A stretch of DNA of 64,000 bases from Thermoplasmata archaeon (GTDB lineage Archaea > Thermoplasmatota > Thermoplasmata > Halarchaeoplasmatales > Halarchaeoplasmataceae), in contig JAWOBZ010000080.1 of the NCBI GenBank assembly GCA_046484045.1, forward strand, positions 28,630 through 92,629, read 5' to 3'. The notes under the pieces were generated by a model that was not told the origin of the DNA, did not search any database, and saw nothing but the letters and a program-made list of their open reading frames with translations. This document shows positions 19,898 to 30,495 of the stretch, piece after piece (positions within the stretch are counted from its first letter, which is position 1; each line of letters starts with the position of its first letter). Both the position numbers and the translations under genes were made by a program.

Positions 19898-20366
19898 CCC
19901 CGTGATCTAAGAACAGTTCCGGCTTCTTATCTGCGACCACGCAGTAGAGCGAGAATTCGTCCACCGTACGCTTCAGCTCTTTGACCCCTGCAGAGCACAG
20001 CCAGATACCCTCGTCTTCGTTCATGTCGTCGTCTTGGAAGCGAGATGAGAAATCTATCAGGCCCAGGAACGATATGTCACCGCTGGTCTCCACTATCTTC
20101 CTCACGTCCTTAACCATGTTCTCTAGCTGGTAAGCGGTGAAGCCTCTGCCTACTATGGTCCTTTTGAGCACGTTGTTCTGGTCGTAACCGTACTTTTTGC
20201 AGATCCTGACCATCCAGTACGGATCTATCCTGGCGCTGCCGTCGATGACCAGGGCTCTGCCTCCGTTCTCTCCTATGCAGCGTACCGCTAGAGCGGTGAC
20301 TATCTGATGCTTCGTGGTCCGGAAGGCGCGTATCTCCCCTCTGTGCAAAGGATACTCCGCACTCAT
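19881..20366 (-). CDS. Inactivated RadA/RecA-like protein of the PolB2 operon
   Basis: ALVIDGSARIDPY...LKRTIVGRGFTAYQL; no intact Walker A. Confidence 0.75.
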   Translation of the reverse strand: MSAEYPLHRGEIRAFRTTKHQIVTALAVRCIGENGGRALVIDGSARIDPYWMVRICKKYGYDQNNVLKRTIVGRGFTAYQLENMVKDVRKIVETSGDISFLGLIDFSSRFQDDDMNEDEGIWLCSAGVKELKRTVDEFSLYCVVADKKPELFLDHGGESGG

Positions 20367-20378
20367 GTAATATCATAA

Positions 20379-20390
20379 TTTAGCACTAAA
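20379..20390. promoter_or_regulatory. Candidate operator palindrome upstream of the PolB2 operon
   Basis: TTTAG-CA-CTAAA inverted repeat between a TATA-like box and ATG 20366. Confidence 0.4.
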
Positions 20391-20438
20391 GTATAAGAAA
20401 AGTATAGGTGGGGGGTGAAGTGAAAGTGATCCACTTTT

Positions 20439-21005
20439 TCAAGGTGTTATAACTGTTCCGTTTATGCTTTTTGAGGATCCACTAGTAGGGCACGTTTCGT
20501 ATGGCCGCCTGAGTACTTGGTCGGGCCGTTTTCCATCGGGAATATCTCTATTTATTTCGAATCGTGGAAATCCCTCTAAATCCTGGCAATCTATCTTGAA
20601 CGTCCATCTTACGATCTTCATAGTTTTATCCGTACCAAGAGGTATCTCAAAGGAATCGATCAAACTTTTATTTTCGCCTGTCCGCAATTCAAAAACTATT
20701 TTGCCACCACCTTTTTGCCTCAAGGTGAAGCCGTATCCGTAGGTTCTTTTCATATCTGCTGCGAATCCATCAGTCAATCTTATCAATATTTTATTCCATC
20801 CATCTACACTATTGTTCAGAATGACGGTTACTTGCACCGTTTTCTCAATTGTATCTAGATCAATATCTCCAGTCGTTCCCACACCTATACTAGAGGCTCG
20901 TTTAATCTTAGCAGGGGTATCGCCACCGTGGACCGCCGTAGAAGTTGAAATAAGGATACAGAGTACGGCGGACAGGGTGAAGAAGTTCAGGATGATATGT
21001 TTCAC
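20439..21005 (-). CDS. Hypothetical secreted protein
   Basis: Signal-peptide-like N-terminus; no recognised domain. Confidence 0.5.
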   Translation of the reverse strand: MKHIILNFFTLSAVLCILISTSTAVHGGDTPAKIKRASSIGVGTTGDIDLDTIEKTVQVTVILNNSVDGWNKILIRLTDGFAADMKRTYGYGFTLRQKGGGKIVFELRTGENKSLIDSFEIPLGTDKTMKIVRWTFKIDCQDLEGFPRFEINRDIPDGKRPDQVLRRPYETCPTSGSSKSINGTVITP

Positions 21006-21132
21006 GATGGCGACCCCTTTGCGTTTATACGTTAAGATGGTCGCCCGAGATTTATATCAGTTCTCAGTAAATCAAAATCCGTTTCGTAACTCGAAATAAG
21101 TGTGTGAGAAAAACGATCTTGCCAAAAAATAA

Positions 21133-22575
21133 CTATTTCCAGTGCCAGCCAGACCCGTCTTCTTTGTCCTCGACCACGACGCCCATCTCAGCTAGTTCAT
21201 CCCTGATCTCATCCGCCAATCCGTATTCCTTCTTCTCCCTCATCTTCTGTCTGATCTGCAGGAGTAATCGGATGAACTCGTCGACTTCCACGGCTGTCTT
21301 TTCTCTACTATCCAAGCTTAAACCGAGGACTCTAGCGAGCTCTTTGAGCTTGTCCACCGCTTCTTCTATCAACTCTTTCTTGTTATCCAAGTTCTTGTTG
21401 ATCTTCTTGGAGAAATCGATCAGCTTGCTCATGGCCAGGGGTGTGTTCATATCGTCGTCCATGGCGGCTTCGAAATCGTTTTCGATATCTCCGATGTGCT
21501 CTCCCAGCTCGTTTCCTTCTCCGCCCTCAGCGGCCTCCGCCAAGCGTATCGTGTTGTAGAACCTGTCCAGCTTCTTCTTCGCTTCCTCTAGAGAGTTGAA
21601 GCTGAAGTCCGCCTGTGAGCGGTAATGTATGCTGGCATAGTAGGCTCGGATCACTTCGCCGTCGTATTGGTCCAGCAGGTCTGAGACAGTGTAGAAGTTA
21701 CCCTCGCTCTTGGACATCTTCTCTCCTTCCACGGAGATGTGCTCGCTGTGCAGCCAGAACTTTACCGGCTCTTCTTCTAGGTTATTCATGGCCATGTTCT
21801 GCGCCCTCTCGTTGGGGTGGTGCGGGAAGATGTGGTCTACGCCGCCTCCGTGTATGTCGAAGATCTCGCCCAGGTACTTGGTGCTCATCACGCTGCACTC
21901 CAGGTGCCATCCCGGGTATCCGAGGCTCCACGGGCTGGGCCATTTCATGATGTGCTCGGGTACGGCCTTTATCCACAGAGCGAAATCCAGCGGTGATCTC
22001 TTCTCCTGCATCTCCTCCTCGCTGACCCTTCCACCCGCCCCTTTCTTCATGTCTTCGATCCTCCGCCCACCCAACTCTGGATAACCGTGATCTTCGTAGA
22101 ATTTCATCACGTCGAAGTAAACGCTGCCGTTCTTCTCGTAGCCGTAGCCGTTCTCAATGATGCTCTTGATGCCTTCGATCATCTCTATCATGTGCCCCGT
22201 GGCCCTTGGTATAACGTCTGCGGGCTCCATGTTCAGGGCGTCCATCTCCCTGTAGAACCTCAGCACCTGCCTGGTCACCAGTTCCATAGGCTCCATCTGT
22301 TTCTCTTTTGCCGCTTTTTCGACTTTATCTTCTCCTTGGTCTGCGTCGTCCGTGAGGTGACCCACGTCGGTAATATTCATCACGTGGAAGACGTCGTACC
22401 CCTTCCACTTCAGGTATCTCTTCAGAACGTCCCAGACGGCATAGGTCTTCGCGTTACCTACGTGCATGTCCTCGTAGATGGTCTGGCCGCAGGTATACAT
22501 CCTAACCGTATTGTCTTCCAGCGGTTCGAATTCCTCCTCTTCGTTTCCCATGGTGTTGTAAAGTTTGAGCGTCAT
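21133..22575 (-). CDS. cysS: Cysteine--tRNA ligase
   Basis: MYTCG, HVGN, DFALW, PGWHLECS, DIHGGGVD, FPHH, KMSKS. Confidence 0.97.
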   Translation of the reverse strand: MTLKLYNTMGNEEEEFEPLEDNTVRMYTCGQTIYEDMHVGNAKTYAVWDVLKRYLKWKGYDVFHVMNITDVGHLTDDADQGEDKVEKAAKEKQMEPMELVTRQVLRFYREMDALNMEPADVIPRATGHMIEMIEGIKSIIENGYGYEKNGSVYFDVMKFYEDHGYPELGGRRIEDMKKGAGGRVSEEEMQEKRSPLDFALWIKAVPEHIMKWPSPWSLGYPGWHLECSVMSTKYLGEIFDIHGGGVDHIFPHHPNERAQNMAMNNLEEEPVKFWLHSEHISVEGEKMSKSEGNFYTVSDLLDQYDGEVIRAYYASIHYRSQADFSFNSLEEAKKKLDRFYNTIRLAEAAEGGEGNELGEHIGDIENDFEAAMDDDMNTPLAMSKLIDFSKKINKNLDNKKELIEEAVDKLKELARVLGLSLDSREKTAVEVDEFIRLLLQIRQKMREKKEYGLADEIRDELAEMGVVVEDKEDGSGWHWK

Positions 22576-22663
22576 GATCGTAACGAGATTGATGGGAACG
22601 ATATTTGAAAGTTGTGTATGCCCTTGTAAATATTTTAATAGTGTTCAACGATATCCCAAATAG

Positions 22664-23668
22664 ATGAGCGGAAACATCAGCTACCCGGAACCCGACCAGG
22701 CCGTTCCACTGCATCTGAACGAGAACTTGTTCTTGGACGATGAATACTATGGCGAGTTGAAAGGGGTGATGGATGTAGAATTGAGCGGCTACCCGTCCCC
22801 CACCGGTGAAGGTCTTAGAAAAAAGCTTGCCGAGTACTACGGTTTAAGGGCGTCTCAGATCGTGATCGGCAACGGCTCCGATTCTATCCTGGATACGCTT
22901 TTCAAGATCACCATACCTACCCACGGTAAGATGGGGTATTTTACACCATCTTACGAGATGTACAAGTTCTTCGCTTCGAGGAACGGCATCCACTCCATCG
23001 AGATACCTCTAAGCTCGGACTTCGGCGTGCCCACCAACCACGATATCTTTGACGACATCGATACGCTGCTTGTCTGCTCTCCGAACAATCCTACTGGGTT
23101 ATGTATCGCCGATGACGTTCTTCGCAGGATACTCGATACGGATATCACCGTGATCGTGGACGAGGCCTACGTTGAATACTCATCCCAGGATTTTATCCCC
23201 TTACTCGAAGATTACGATAACCTTATTTTGGTTAGAACATTTTCCAAGGCTTGGGGCCTGGCGGGTATAAGACTGGGCTACAGCATCTCTTCGTCTGAGA
23301 TGGCTTTGGACCTGAGCGATATGATGCTTCCGTACAACGTCAACTGCCTTTCCCTTACCGTTGCTGAGAAAGCCCTGGATATGTCGGATCTAAAAGATGA
23401 ATCGATAAGAAAGACGGTCGAGGTTCGTGAATGGTTCAGAGAAGAACTCGAGATGTTGGATTTCAACACGATCCCCTCGGAATCGAACTTTCTGCTGTGC
23501 AGACCTCCTTCGGGTATAGAACCAAATTCTCTCTTCGAGCAGCTGTTGGAAGAAGGTTTCAGGGTCAGAATATTTGAAAGCAGGAGATTGGTGTGCTACA
23601 TGAGGATCACCATCGGTGAGAAAAAAAACATGAAGACGCTTTTAGAAGTGTTGGATGAAGTACTTTAG
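22664..23668 (+). CDS. hisC: Histidinol-phosphate aminotransferase family protein
   Basis: LHLNEN, GNGSD, CSPNNPTG, VDEAY, RTFSKAWGLAGIRLGY, RITIG. Confidence 0.82.
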   Translation: MSGNISYPEPDQAVPLHLNENLFLDDEYYGELKGVMDVELSGYPSPTGEGLRKKLAEYYGLRASQIVIGNGSDSILDTLFKITIPTHGKMGYFTPSYEMYKFFASRNGIHSIEIPLSSDFGVPTNHDIFDDIDTLLVCSPNNPTGLCIADDVLRRILDTDITVIVDEAYVEYSSQDFIPLLEDYDNLILVRTFSKAWGLAGIRLGYSISSSEMALDLSDMMLPYNVNCLSLTVAEKALDMSDLKDESIRKTVEVREWFREELEMLDFNTIPSESNFLLCRPPSGIEPNSLFEQLLEEGFRVRIFESRRLVCYMRITIGEKKNMKTLLEVLDEVL

Positions 23669-23770
23669 AGGATAAAAGAAATGATATTTTAGGTTTTAGA
23701 AAATCTTTGATCCGTTGCAGTATATCTTCTAGTATTTCAAGAATAGTAGAAAAACATATATGCCCTTCCC

Positions 23771-24307
23771 TTGGTAAATATCACGATGGACGACATAGAC
23801 CCAGACTACGAAGAAGACCTGAAGAAGGAGAAGAAGTTCAGGAAGTATAAAATATTCGGAAAACTGGCAGGTATCATCATCATGGTCGGTTTCATCATCT
23901 GGATTTACCTAACTCAACCGTCACACACTATTGTCTATTATATCATCGCAGCGGTATACATGGTGTACACCACCTACAAACTGTTAAAGGAGATGGCACA
24001 GTACCATGCACTCATGGACGATCTACTGATAGAAGACGATCACATCGTGAAATACAACGACTCCATCAAGAGGGAGATAATGAGGATCCCTATCCAGAAG
24101 ATCAAAAAGGTGTACTACAACGTCGAAGGACTTCCCAGGACGTTGTACGTCGTGTATAAAAAAGACGGTAACCTGTTGGCCGAGAATTTCTATAAAACCA
24201 GGATCAAAGGGAAGAAGAAATTCATCGATATGATGGAGAAGAAGGGAGTTCTCATCGAAGACGAGATATCATTCGATGCCTTGAAAGAGATGATCGAATC
24301 ATCTTAG
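23771..24307 (+). CDS. Hypothetical membrane protein (2 TM)
   Basis: Two hydrophobic segments followed by a soluble C-terminal domain. Confidence 0.7.
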   Translation: MVNITMDDIDPDYEEDLKKEKKFRKYKIFGKLAGIIIMVGFIIWIYLTQPSHTIVYYIIAAVYMVYTTYKLLKEMAQYHALMDDLLIEDDHIVKYNDSIKREIMRIPIQKIKKVYYNVEGLPRTLYVVYKKDGNLLAENFYKTRIKGKKKFIDMMEKKGVLIEDEISFDALKEMIESS

Positions 24308-24314
24308 TTAAAAA

Positions 24315-25826
24315 TTATAGAAGCGGGTACTCTTCCAGTGTAGTCAGATCGTTCGAGTAGCACTCCCGGATATCGTCTATACCCAGCCTGAGCATCACCA
24401 TCCTTTCCAGACCGAGACCCCATGCGAGAACCGGATGTTCGATACCATGGGGCTTGGTGACCTCTTCTCTGAATATACCCGCCCCGCCCATCTCCAGGTA
24501 GTCGTCCTTGAATTTAGCGAACACCTCCAAGCTGGGCTCTGTGAACGGGAAGTAAGACGGTTTGACTTTCACGTCGTCGAATCCCATCTTTTTGTAGAAT
24601 TCTTTCATCAGTCCGATCAGCATGTTAAGATTGGCCCCCTTCTCCATAACGATACCCTCTATCTGGATGAACTGTGAAAGGTGGGTGGCATCAGTTGCCT
24701 CGCTCCTGAAATTCCAATCCAGCGAGAACGCCTTGACAGGAGGCTCCGTATGTTCTGATAAGTATTTGATCGAGCTGACCGTGGTATGTGTCCTAAGAAC
24801 GGCCCTCTGGGCTTCTTCCTTGCTCCACCTGTACCTCCAACCTTTCGACCTGCCGTCTCCACCGTCCTCGTGCATGCCCTTGATCTTCTCAACTATCTCA
24901 CCCTGGATCTCTATCTTCTCCGGATGTTTCATGTAAAAAGTATCCTGCAGATCCCTTGCGGGATGGTCCTGGGGTATGAACAGCGCGTCCATGTTCCAGA
25001 AGGTAGGTTGAACGAAATCGTGCTTCATCTCGGTGAATCCCATGTCCAAAAAGACCCTCCTGACCTTCTCGATCTCCCTACGAACCGGATGTTTCTTTCC
25101 GCCGTATCTAGTGGGTGCGAAGGCGTGTATGTCATAGGATCTGATCTCGGCTTCCTTCCAAGCACCGGTCCTGATTATATCGGGAGTGAGCTGGGATATC
25201 TGCGGCCGGATCTCGATGCCCTGGTCCACGATCTTTTGCCCTTTATCTGTAAGTTTCACTGTTCGAGATACCTGCTGTTTTTCATCGATTATTTCTTTCC
25301 TGGAAAGCAGTTTCTTTACCGTGTATTCGTCAACATCTTTTTCAGACAGTTCTCCCTCTTTGGCGAGTCTGAGTATCAATCTCTCGTCCTTTCCCTTCTC
25401 CTTCAGCGCCTTCCTACCCTTCTTTGTGAGCTCCAAGAACGTGTCTCCACCTTCCTTCCGCATATCCACCCAGCCCTTGTCTTTGAGCCACCCGAGAGCG
25501 ATCCCCGTCTTCTTTTTGTCGAGTCCGCTCTCTTCCTGCATCTCGGAGATGGTGCACCTTCCGCCCACCTTGTCGATGTACTTCAAAGCGGTCCTTTCGG
25601 GAAGGTCTTTCTTCGCCATGCTCTTCTTAGCCAGTGAATAGAATTTGGTCACATCCTCATCTACTTCCACAAGGGACTTTGAATTGAGCCACGAAACGGC
25701 GTTCATCACTTGGACCATCTGATCAAAGTCCCCGTTCTTTTGGATCTCTTCAGGGCTCCCCTCTCCACCTATCTCTCCGAGAACGACGAGTACTTTTTTT
25801 TCCAGATGACTCAAATCATCAGACAT
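24315..25826 (-). CDS. pheS: Phenylalanine--tRNA ligase alpha subunit (archaeal)
   Basis: WNMDALFIPQDHPARDLQDTF, LRTHTT, DATHL, YFPFTEPS, AWGLGLER. Confidence 0.97.
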   Translation of the reverse strand: MSDDLSHLEKKVLVVLGEIGGEGSPEEIQKNGDFDQMVQVMNAVSWLNSKSLVEVDEDVTKFYSLAKKSMAKKDLPERTALKYIDKVGGRCTISEMQEESGLDKKKTGIALGWLKDKGWVDMRKEGGDTFLELTKKGRKALKEKGKDERLILRLAKEGELSEKDVDEYTVKKLLSRKEIIDEKQQVSRTVKLTDKGQKIVDQGIEIRPQISQLTPDIIRTGAWKEAEIRSYDIHAFAPTRYGGKKHPVRREIEKVRRVFLDMGFTEMKHDFVQPTFWNMDALFIPQDHPARDLQDTFYMKHPEKIEIQGEIVEKIKGMHEDGGDGRSKGWRYRWSKEEAQRAVLRTHTTVSSIKYLSEHTEPPVKAFSLDWNFRSEATDATHLSQFIQIEGIVMEKGANLNMLIGLMKEFYKKMGFDDVKVKPSYFPFTEPSLEVFAKFKDDYLEMGGAGIFREEVTKPHGIEHPVLAWGLGLERMVMLRLGIDDIRECYSNDLTTLEEYPLL

Positions 25827-25863
25827 GGTACCTCTCTATTAACTGATTGAATATATATTTTTA

Positions 25864-27384
25864 TCAGAGCATCTCTCCGATTACTTTTTCTACGTCCCTG
25901 ACCAACTCGCCGTTCACTATCGTCTCCTTGACGACATCTATATCTGGAGCCAACGGTCTGTCGGTTTCCAATGGAGGTACCTTAGCTCTTAATACCTCGT
26001 AAGCGGCTTTCACACCTTTGCCGGGCTCTAGCTCGTGAAATTCCAGACCCTGTGCCGCAGCTAGAAGTTCTATGGCTACGACGTACTCCACATTGTTAAG
26101 TATCTCCCTTGCCTGCCGGGCTGCGATGGTCCCCATGCTTACATGGTCCTCCTGCCCGGCTGAGGTTGGGATCGAATCAACGCTGGCGGGATGAGCTAGT
26201 ACCTTGTTCTCGGAAACGAGTGAAGCAGCGGTGTACTGAGCTATCATGAAGCCGGAGTTCAAACCCGGGTCCTTCGTTAGAAACGGCGGTAGACCGCTCT
26301 CTTGTTCGAACATCAACTTGTCGGTGGTCCTCTCGGATATGTTGCCGATCTCTGCGATCGATGCGCCGAAGAAGTCCATGGCTAGTGCAACCGGCTGACC
26401 GTGAAAATTCCCTCCGGAGATTATGTCTCCATTTGGAAACACGAGAGGGTTATCGTTCGCGGAGTTCATCTCGATAGATATGACCTTCTCTACGTAATCC
26501 ATCGTGTCCCTGGCAACTCCGTAGACCTGGGGCATGCATCTCAGGGTGTAGGGATCCTGCACCTTCTCGCAGTCCTTGTGTGATTCGATTATCTCACTGC
26601 CCGTTGTGAGAAGTCTAAGATTCTTGGCACACGCTATCTGGCCGGGATGTGGTCTTACACTGTGTATCCTCTCGTCGAATGCAGTGGACGTACCTCTTAG
26701 AGCCTCCAAGCTCATGGCGCTTGCGATCTGTGCCGCTTTGAGAAGCTGCCTTGCATCCCTTATAGCCAGGGCGCCTATGGCGGTCATAACTTGTGTGCCG
26801 TTCAGAAGGGCTAGACCCTCTTTTGCCTTGAGTTTCAGCGTGTCTATACCGGCTCTCTCCATCGCTTCGTCGCCCGGCAGCAGTTCTCCTTTATAAACCG
26901 CCTCTCCCTCTCCGATCATCACCAAAGACATGTGTGCAAGCGGTGCTAGATCACCGGAGGCTCCCACACTGCCCTTGCTGGGGATCACTGGGTGTACCTT
27001 CTTGTTCAGCATCTCGATAAGCGTTTCTATGACCTCGGGTCTCACTCCGCTGTATCCCTTGGCCAGAGTGTTAGCTCTGAGAAGCATCGTCCCTCTTACC
27101 ACGTCCCTATCCAACGGCTCTCCCACTCCACTTGCATGACTCAGGATCAGATTTCTCTGCAGTTCTTCTGTCTTTTCTTTATCGATCTTGACGTTGGAAA
27201 GTTCACCGAAACCCGTGTTTATCCCGTAGACACTCTCATCGCCCTTTTGTGCCTTCTCCACTGTATCACGGGAGTGATTTATTTTTACCAAACACTCATC
27301 GGATAGGGCGACCTCCTCGTCCAATCTCGCAGTACGATGTACGTCTAAAATACTCAAATTCTCTCCATCTACAGTTACTGTCAT
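25864..27384 (-). CDS. hutH: Histidine ammonia-lyase
   Basis: YGINTGFG, LILSHASG, GASGDLAPL (MIO), KEGLALLNG, VQDPYTLRC, GGNFHG, QEDHVSMG. Confidence 0.96.
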   Translation of the reverse strand: MTVTVDGENLSILDVHRTARLDEEVALSDECLVKINHSRDTVEKAQKGDESVYGINTGFGELSNVKIDKEKTEELQRNLILSHASGVGEPLDRDVVRGTMLLRANTLAKGYSGVRPEVIETLIEMLNKKVHPVIPSKGSVGASGDLAPLAHMSLVMIGEGEAVYKGELLPGDEAMERAGIDTLKLKAKEGLALLNGTQVMTAIGALAIRDARQLLKAAQIASAMSLEALRGTSTAFDERIHSVRPHPGQIACAKNLRLLTTGSEIIESHKDCEKVQDPYTLRCMPQVYGVARDTMDYVEKVISIEMNSANDNPLVFPNGDIISGGNFHGQPVALAMDFFGASIAEIGNISERTTDKLMFEQESGLPPFLTKDPGLNSGFMIAQYTAASLVSENKVLAHPASVDSIPTSAGQEDHVSMGTIAARQAREILNNVEYVVAIELLAAAQGLEFHELEPGKGVKAAYEVLRAKVPPLETDRPLAPDIDVVKETIVNGELVRDVEKVIGEML

Positions 27385-27432
27385 CGAAGGGTGATTGACA
27401 AGATATACTTTAAAATTCTCCCTATATTCATC

Positions 27433-27906
27433 CTATAGATTGACTCCTCTCTGTCCCTGATAGTTACCCGATCTTTCGGCGTAGGATTTCTCACTAGATG
27501 CATCCAACTTGTGTAACACCATCTGAGCGAAGGTCTCTCCGATGGGGACTTCTATTTCCTTGTGCGAGTTGAAGGCGCTCAGGGTTAGATTACCCTCGAA
27601 ACCGGCGTCTATCATACCGAAGGATGCTAGGACTCCTTTACGCGCCCAAGTAGTTCTTATCCACAGCTCACCTGCAACATCGGGTGGGAATTTTACGTAC
27701 TCCTTGGTGGAAACAGCGAACCAAGTGTAGCCCGGGATCACCGCTTTACCCTCTCTTTCCGACCTCCTACCTTCGACGGAGATCTCATCTATGGTAAGAT
27801 CATATCCGTTGGGCGTTAGATTCTCCTCTCTGTAGTCCTCGATCACCAGCGTTTTGTCGTCCAGCATCTTGGTTATTTGGGCATCGGATAGTATCATATT
27901 ACTCAC
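27433..27906 (-). CDS. dcd: dCTP deaminase / dUTPase family protein
   Basis: PNGYDL, RTTWARKG, IDAGFEGNLTL, YQGQRGV. Confidence 0.85.
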   Translation of the reverse strand: MSNMILSDAQITKMLDDKTLVIEDYREENLTPNGYDLTIDEISVEGRRSEREGKAVIPGYTWFAVSTKEYVKFPPDVAGELWIRTTWARKGVLASFGMIDAGFEGNLTLSAFNSHKEIEVPIGETFAQMVLHKLDASSEKSYAERSGNYQGQRGVNL

Positions 27907-27984
27907 CGAGAAACACGGTTATAGGAATCGGTTTTGTGCTAATCGATAAAGCTTATTAACGATGATGATTTAAAGATTTCTCAT

Positions 27985-29535
27985 ATGTTAGATCCGGACT
28001 TTTTGGAAAAATTGAACGTCGAGAAGCTCCTATCCACTGCGAAAAACGGGGACTACGAATCCAAAAAGTTCGCTATCAAAGCGCTTGGTATGTTGAAAGA
28101 GGAAAGAAGTGTCGACATTCTGAGAGAGATCGCTTGGAACAGCGAGTACACCTTGATCAGAGGCAATGCCATCTGGGCGCTTGGTGAGATAGGTAGTACC
28201 GAGGACGCTTCGGATCTAAAACACCTGGCACTCTATGATGTGGATGAAAGTATAAGGATCAGTTCGATAAAGGCACTAGGCTACATCGGTGATAAGTCGG
28301 TCATAAGGGACCTGATCAATCTGGTGGTTCACGACCCGTCTAAAAATGTGCGTTTGGCTGCTGCATGGGCGTGTTCTGAATTGGATCCCGATATGTCTTT
28401 GAAAGAGATAATACCGTGGTTGAAGAAACCGGATGCGGAAGTTAGAGGGTACGCCGCTGAAGCGATGGGTATGATACAAACGGATACTTCTTTAAAATAT
28501 CTCATACGTGCTTTGAAAGATGAGAAAGTGGTCGTTAGACGGGCCGCAGCTAGGTCCCTGGGACAGATCGGCTCTGAAGAGGCGGTTCCCGCCCTGGTCG
28601 AGTGCCTCAACGATGTGGATGATAGGGTGAGAAGGGCTGCGGTCAAATCCATGGGCGAGATAGGTTCTGACCAAGCGGTACCAGATCTGATAGAATCCCT
28701 TCGTAAAAGTGGGGACCGGATATTCAAAGGCATGGTGGTATGGTCTCTTGGAATCATCGGAGATGATAGAGCAGCAAACATTCTAAACGAACTGCTCATC
28801 CACGACGAATATATAATAAGAAAATCGGCCATCTGGGCACTGGGTGAGATATGCTGTACCGATCATATCGAGGGGCTCATCGAGGGGCTCTATGACAAAC
28901 GAGACGATATGAGGAAAGAAGCGGCAGAAGCACTGGGTAAACTCGGTGATCGCAGGGCGGTTTTCGAGCTTCTTCGTGCTCTGAATTATCATGATCCAGG
29001 CGTGAGAAAAGATGCCGCTTATGCCCTGGGTGTGCTCGGGGAAGATATCGCCGTTAAATACTTGAAGGCATTGTTATCGGACCCATCTCCACAGGTCAGA
29101 AAGGAGACTGTGATAGCTCTCGGTAAGATAGGTAACGAATCACCAGTCACCGACCTTATACGTTTGCTCTACTACGATGATCGGCAGTTAAGGCAGTGTG
29201 CCGCCTGGGCTCTTGGCTGCATCGGTGACGAGATGGCGGTCGCGGACCTCGTAACTATATTGAAGGACGAGGGCCCGCATGTAAGGGGTGAGGCGGTAAA
29301 AGCGCTGGGCAAGATCGGTGATCCAGATGCTTTGGAAAATCTGATCGATGTTTTAAGTGACGACAATAGATGGGTAAGAAAATACGCGGTAAGGGCTCTC
29401 GCCGAGATCGGGGGTGAAAAATCGATGATGAGTTTGATAAGAGCATTCAATCAACAACCTCCGTGGCTAATGGACGATATCTTGGAATCCCTCTTTATTT
29501 TAGAAAAGAAACATTATTCAGGGAAGAGAGTGTGA
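27985..29535 (+). CDS. HEAT-repeat (PBS lyase-like) protein
   Basis: Tandem ~31-aa repeats of the form VRxxAAxALGxIGxxxAVxxL. Confidence 0.9.
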   Translation: MLDPDFLEKLNVEKLLSTAKNGDYESKKFAIKALGMLKEERSVDILREIAWNSEYTLIRGNAIWALGEIGSTEDASDLKHLALYDVDESIRISSIKALGYIGDKSVIRDLINLVVHDPSKNVRLAAAWACSELDPDMSLKEIIPWLKKPDAEVRGYAAEAMGMIQTDTSLKYLIRALKDEKVVVRRAAARSLGQIGSEEAVPALVECLNDVDDRVRRAAVKSMGEIGSDQAVPDLIESLRKSGDRIFKGMVVWSLGIIGDDRAANILNELLIHDEYIIRKSAIWALGEICCTDHIEGLIEGLYDKRDDMRKEAAEALGKLGDRRAVFELLRALNYHDPGVRKDAAYALGVLGEDIAVKYLKALLSDPSPQVRKETVIALGKIGNESPVTDLIRLLYYDDRQLRQCAAWALGCIGDEMAVADLVTILKDEGPHVRGEAVKALGKIGDPDALENLIDVLSDDNRWVRKYAVRALAEIGGEKSMMSLIRAFNQQPPWLMDDILESLFILEKKHYSGKRV

Positions 29536-29541
29536 TGTCGA

Positions 29542-30489
29542 TTGAAAGTCGTTGACAAAACTAAACCTATAGAGCGATTGAGTTCTAAATACATCACCGT
29601 TCTCGTCTTCTCGATGGTGCTCTGGGGCCTTTCTTTTCCCGCCATCAAATTGGCTCTCGAGGAAGTCGATCCCATAACTCTGGGCTTGATGCGGACCCTT
29701 TTCGGTGCCATCCCGTTCTCTATAGTCGTGTTCAAAAAACTCGGCACCAAGTACGTGTTGAGATCCTTGAAAGAAGACCCTTATCCCTTCACTGCCATCG
29801 CACTCTTTCAATTCTTCTTACCGTTAGCGGCTCAGAACGTCGGTATGAACATGATGGCCCCGGAGACCGCCGCATCACTCAGCTCAATCATCCAAGCAAC
29901 ATCCCCCATATTCGGCCTGTTCTTATCCGCTATGATATTAAAAGAGTACATCGGATTGAAAAAGGCCTTCGGAGCTGCGATAGCCCTGAGTGGAACGATC
30001 TTGTTGGTCACTAGAGGTGGGGTCGTTCTCAGCGGGTCTGATTTCACCGGAAATATGCTTCTTCTAGCCAGCGCGGTTTTCTATTCGATTTCGGGGGTCA
30101 TAACCAAGCAGGCATTGAATAAACACGAGCCCGAGAAGGTGATAACCCTCGCCTTGATCTTATCATCCCTATTCTTCTTGCCAACGGCACTTCTTACCGA
30201 GAATATTCATAATTTAGCTTCCGTATCTGTTTTCAGCTGGACGCTGATGGCTTACCTAGGGATCATATGTACTGGGATAGCTCTTTTCTTATGGTATGTA
30301 GTCTTGAAAAAGAACCAGCTCTCCAAGCAGATACTGTTCACTTACTTGATCCCCCTCTTCGGAACCGGCTTTTCTCACATCTTCCTCGGTGAAAGCATGG
30401 GAGTGAAAACCGCCCTTTTCGGTATTGTCATTATCGCCGGGATATCCATAGCCCAGTACGAAAAAAAACGTGAAGCTGAAGATGGATGA
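29542..30489 (+). CDS. EamA/DMT family transporter
   Basis: LWGLSFPAIK, about 10 TM segments, duplicated EamA halves. Confidence 0.9.
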   Translation: MKVVDKTKPIERLSSKYITVLVFSMVLWGLSFPAIKLALEEVDPITLGLMRTLFGAIPFSIVVFKKLGTKYVLRSLKEDPYPFTAIALFQFFLPLAAQNVGMNMMAPETAASLSSIIQATSPIFGLFLSAMILKEYIGLKKAFGAAIALSGTILLVTRGGVVLSGSDFTGNMLLLASAVFYSISGVITKQALNKHEPEKVITLALILSSLFFLPTALLTENIHNLASVSVFSWTLMAYLGIICTGIALFLWYVVLKKNQLSKQILFTYLIPLFGTGFSHIFLGESMGVKTALFGIVIIAGISIAQYEKKREAEDG

Positions 30490-30495
30490 TCGATG

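Noticed and set aside
24786..25637. Long antisense ORFs (also 46718-47326, 44786-45160 and many others)
   Set aside because: Shadows of well-supported genes on the opposite strand, with no motifs.
27985..29535. DNA-level repeat element in the HEAT gene
   Set aside because: Periodicity is at the protein level; the nucleotide copies are diverged.
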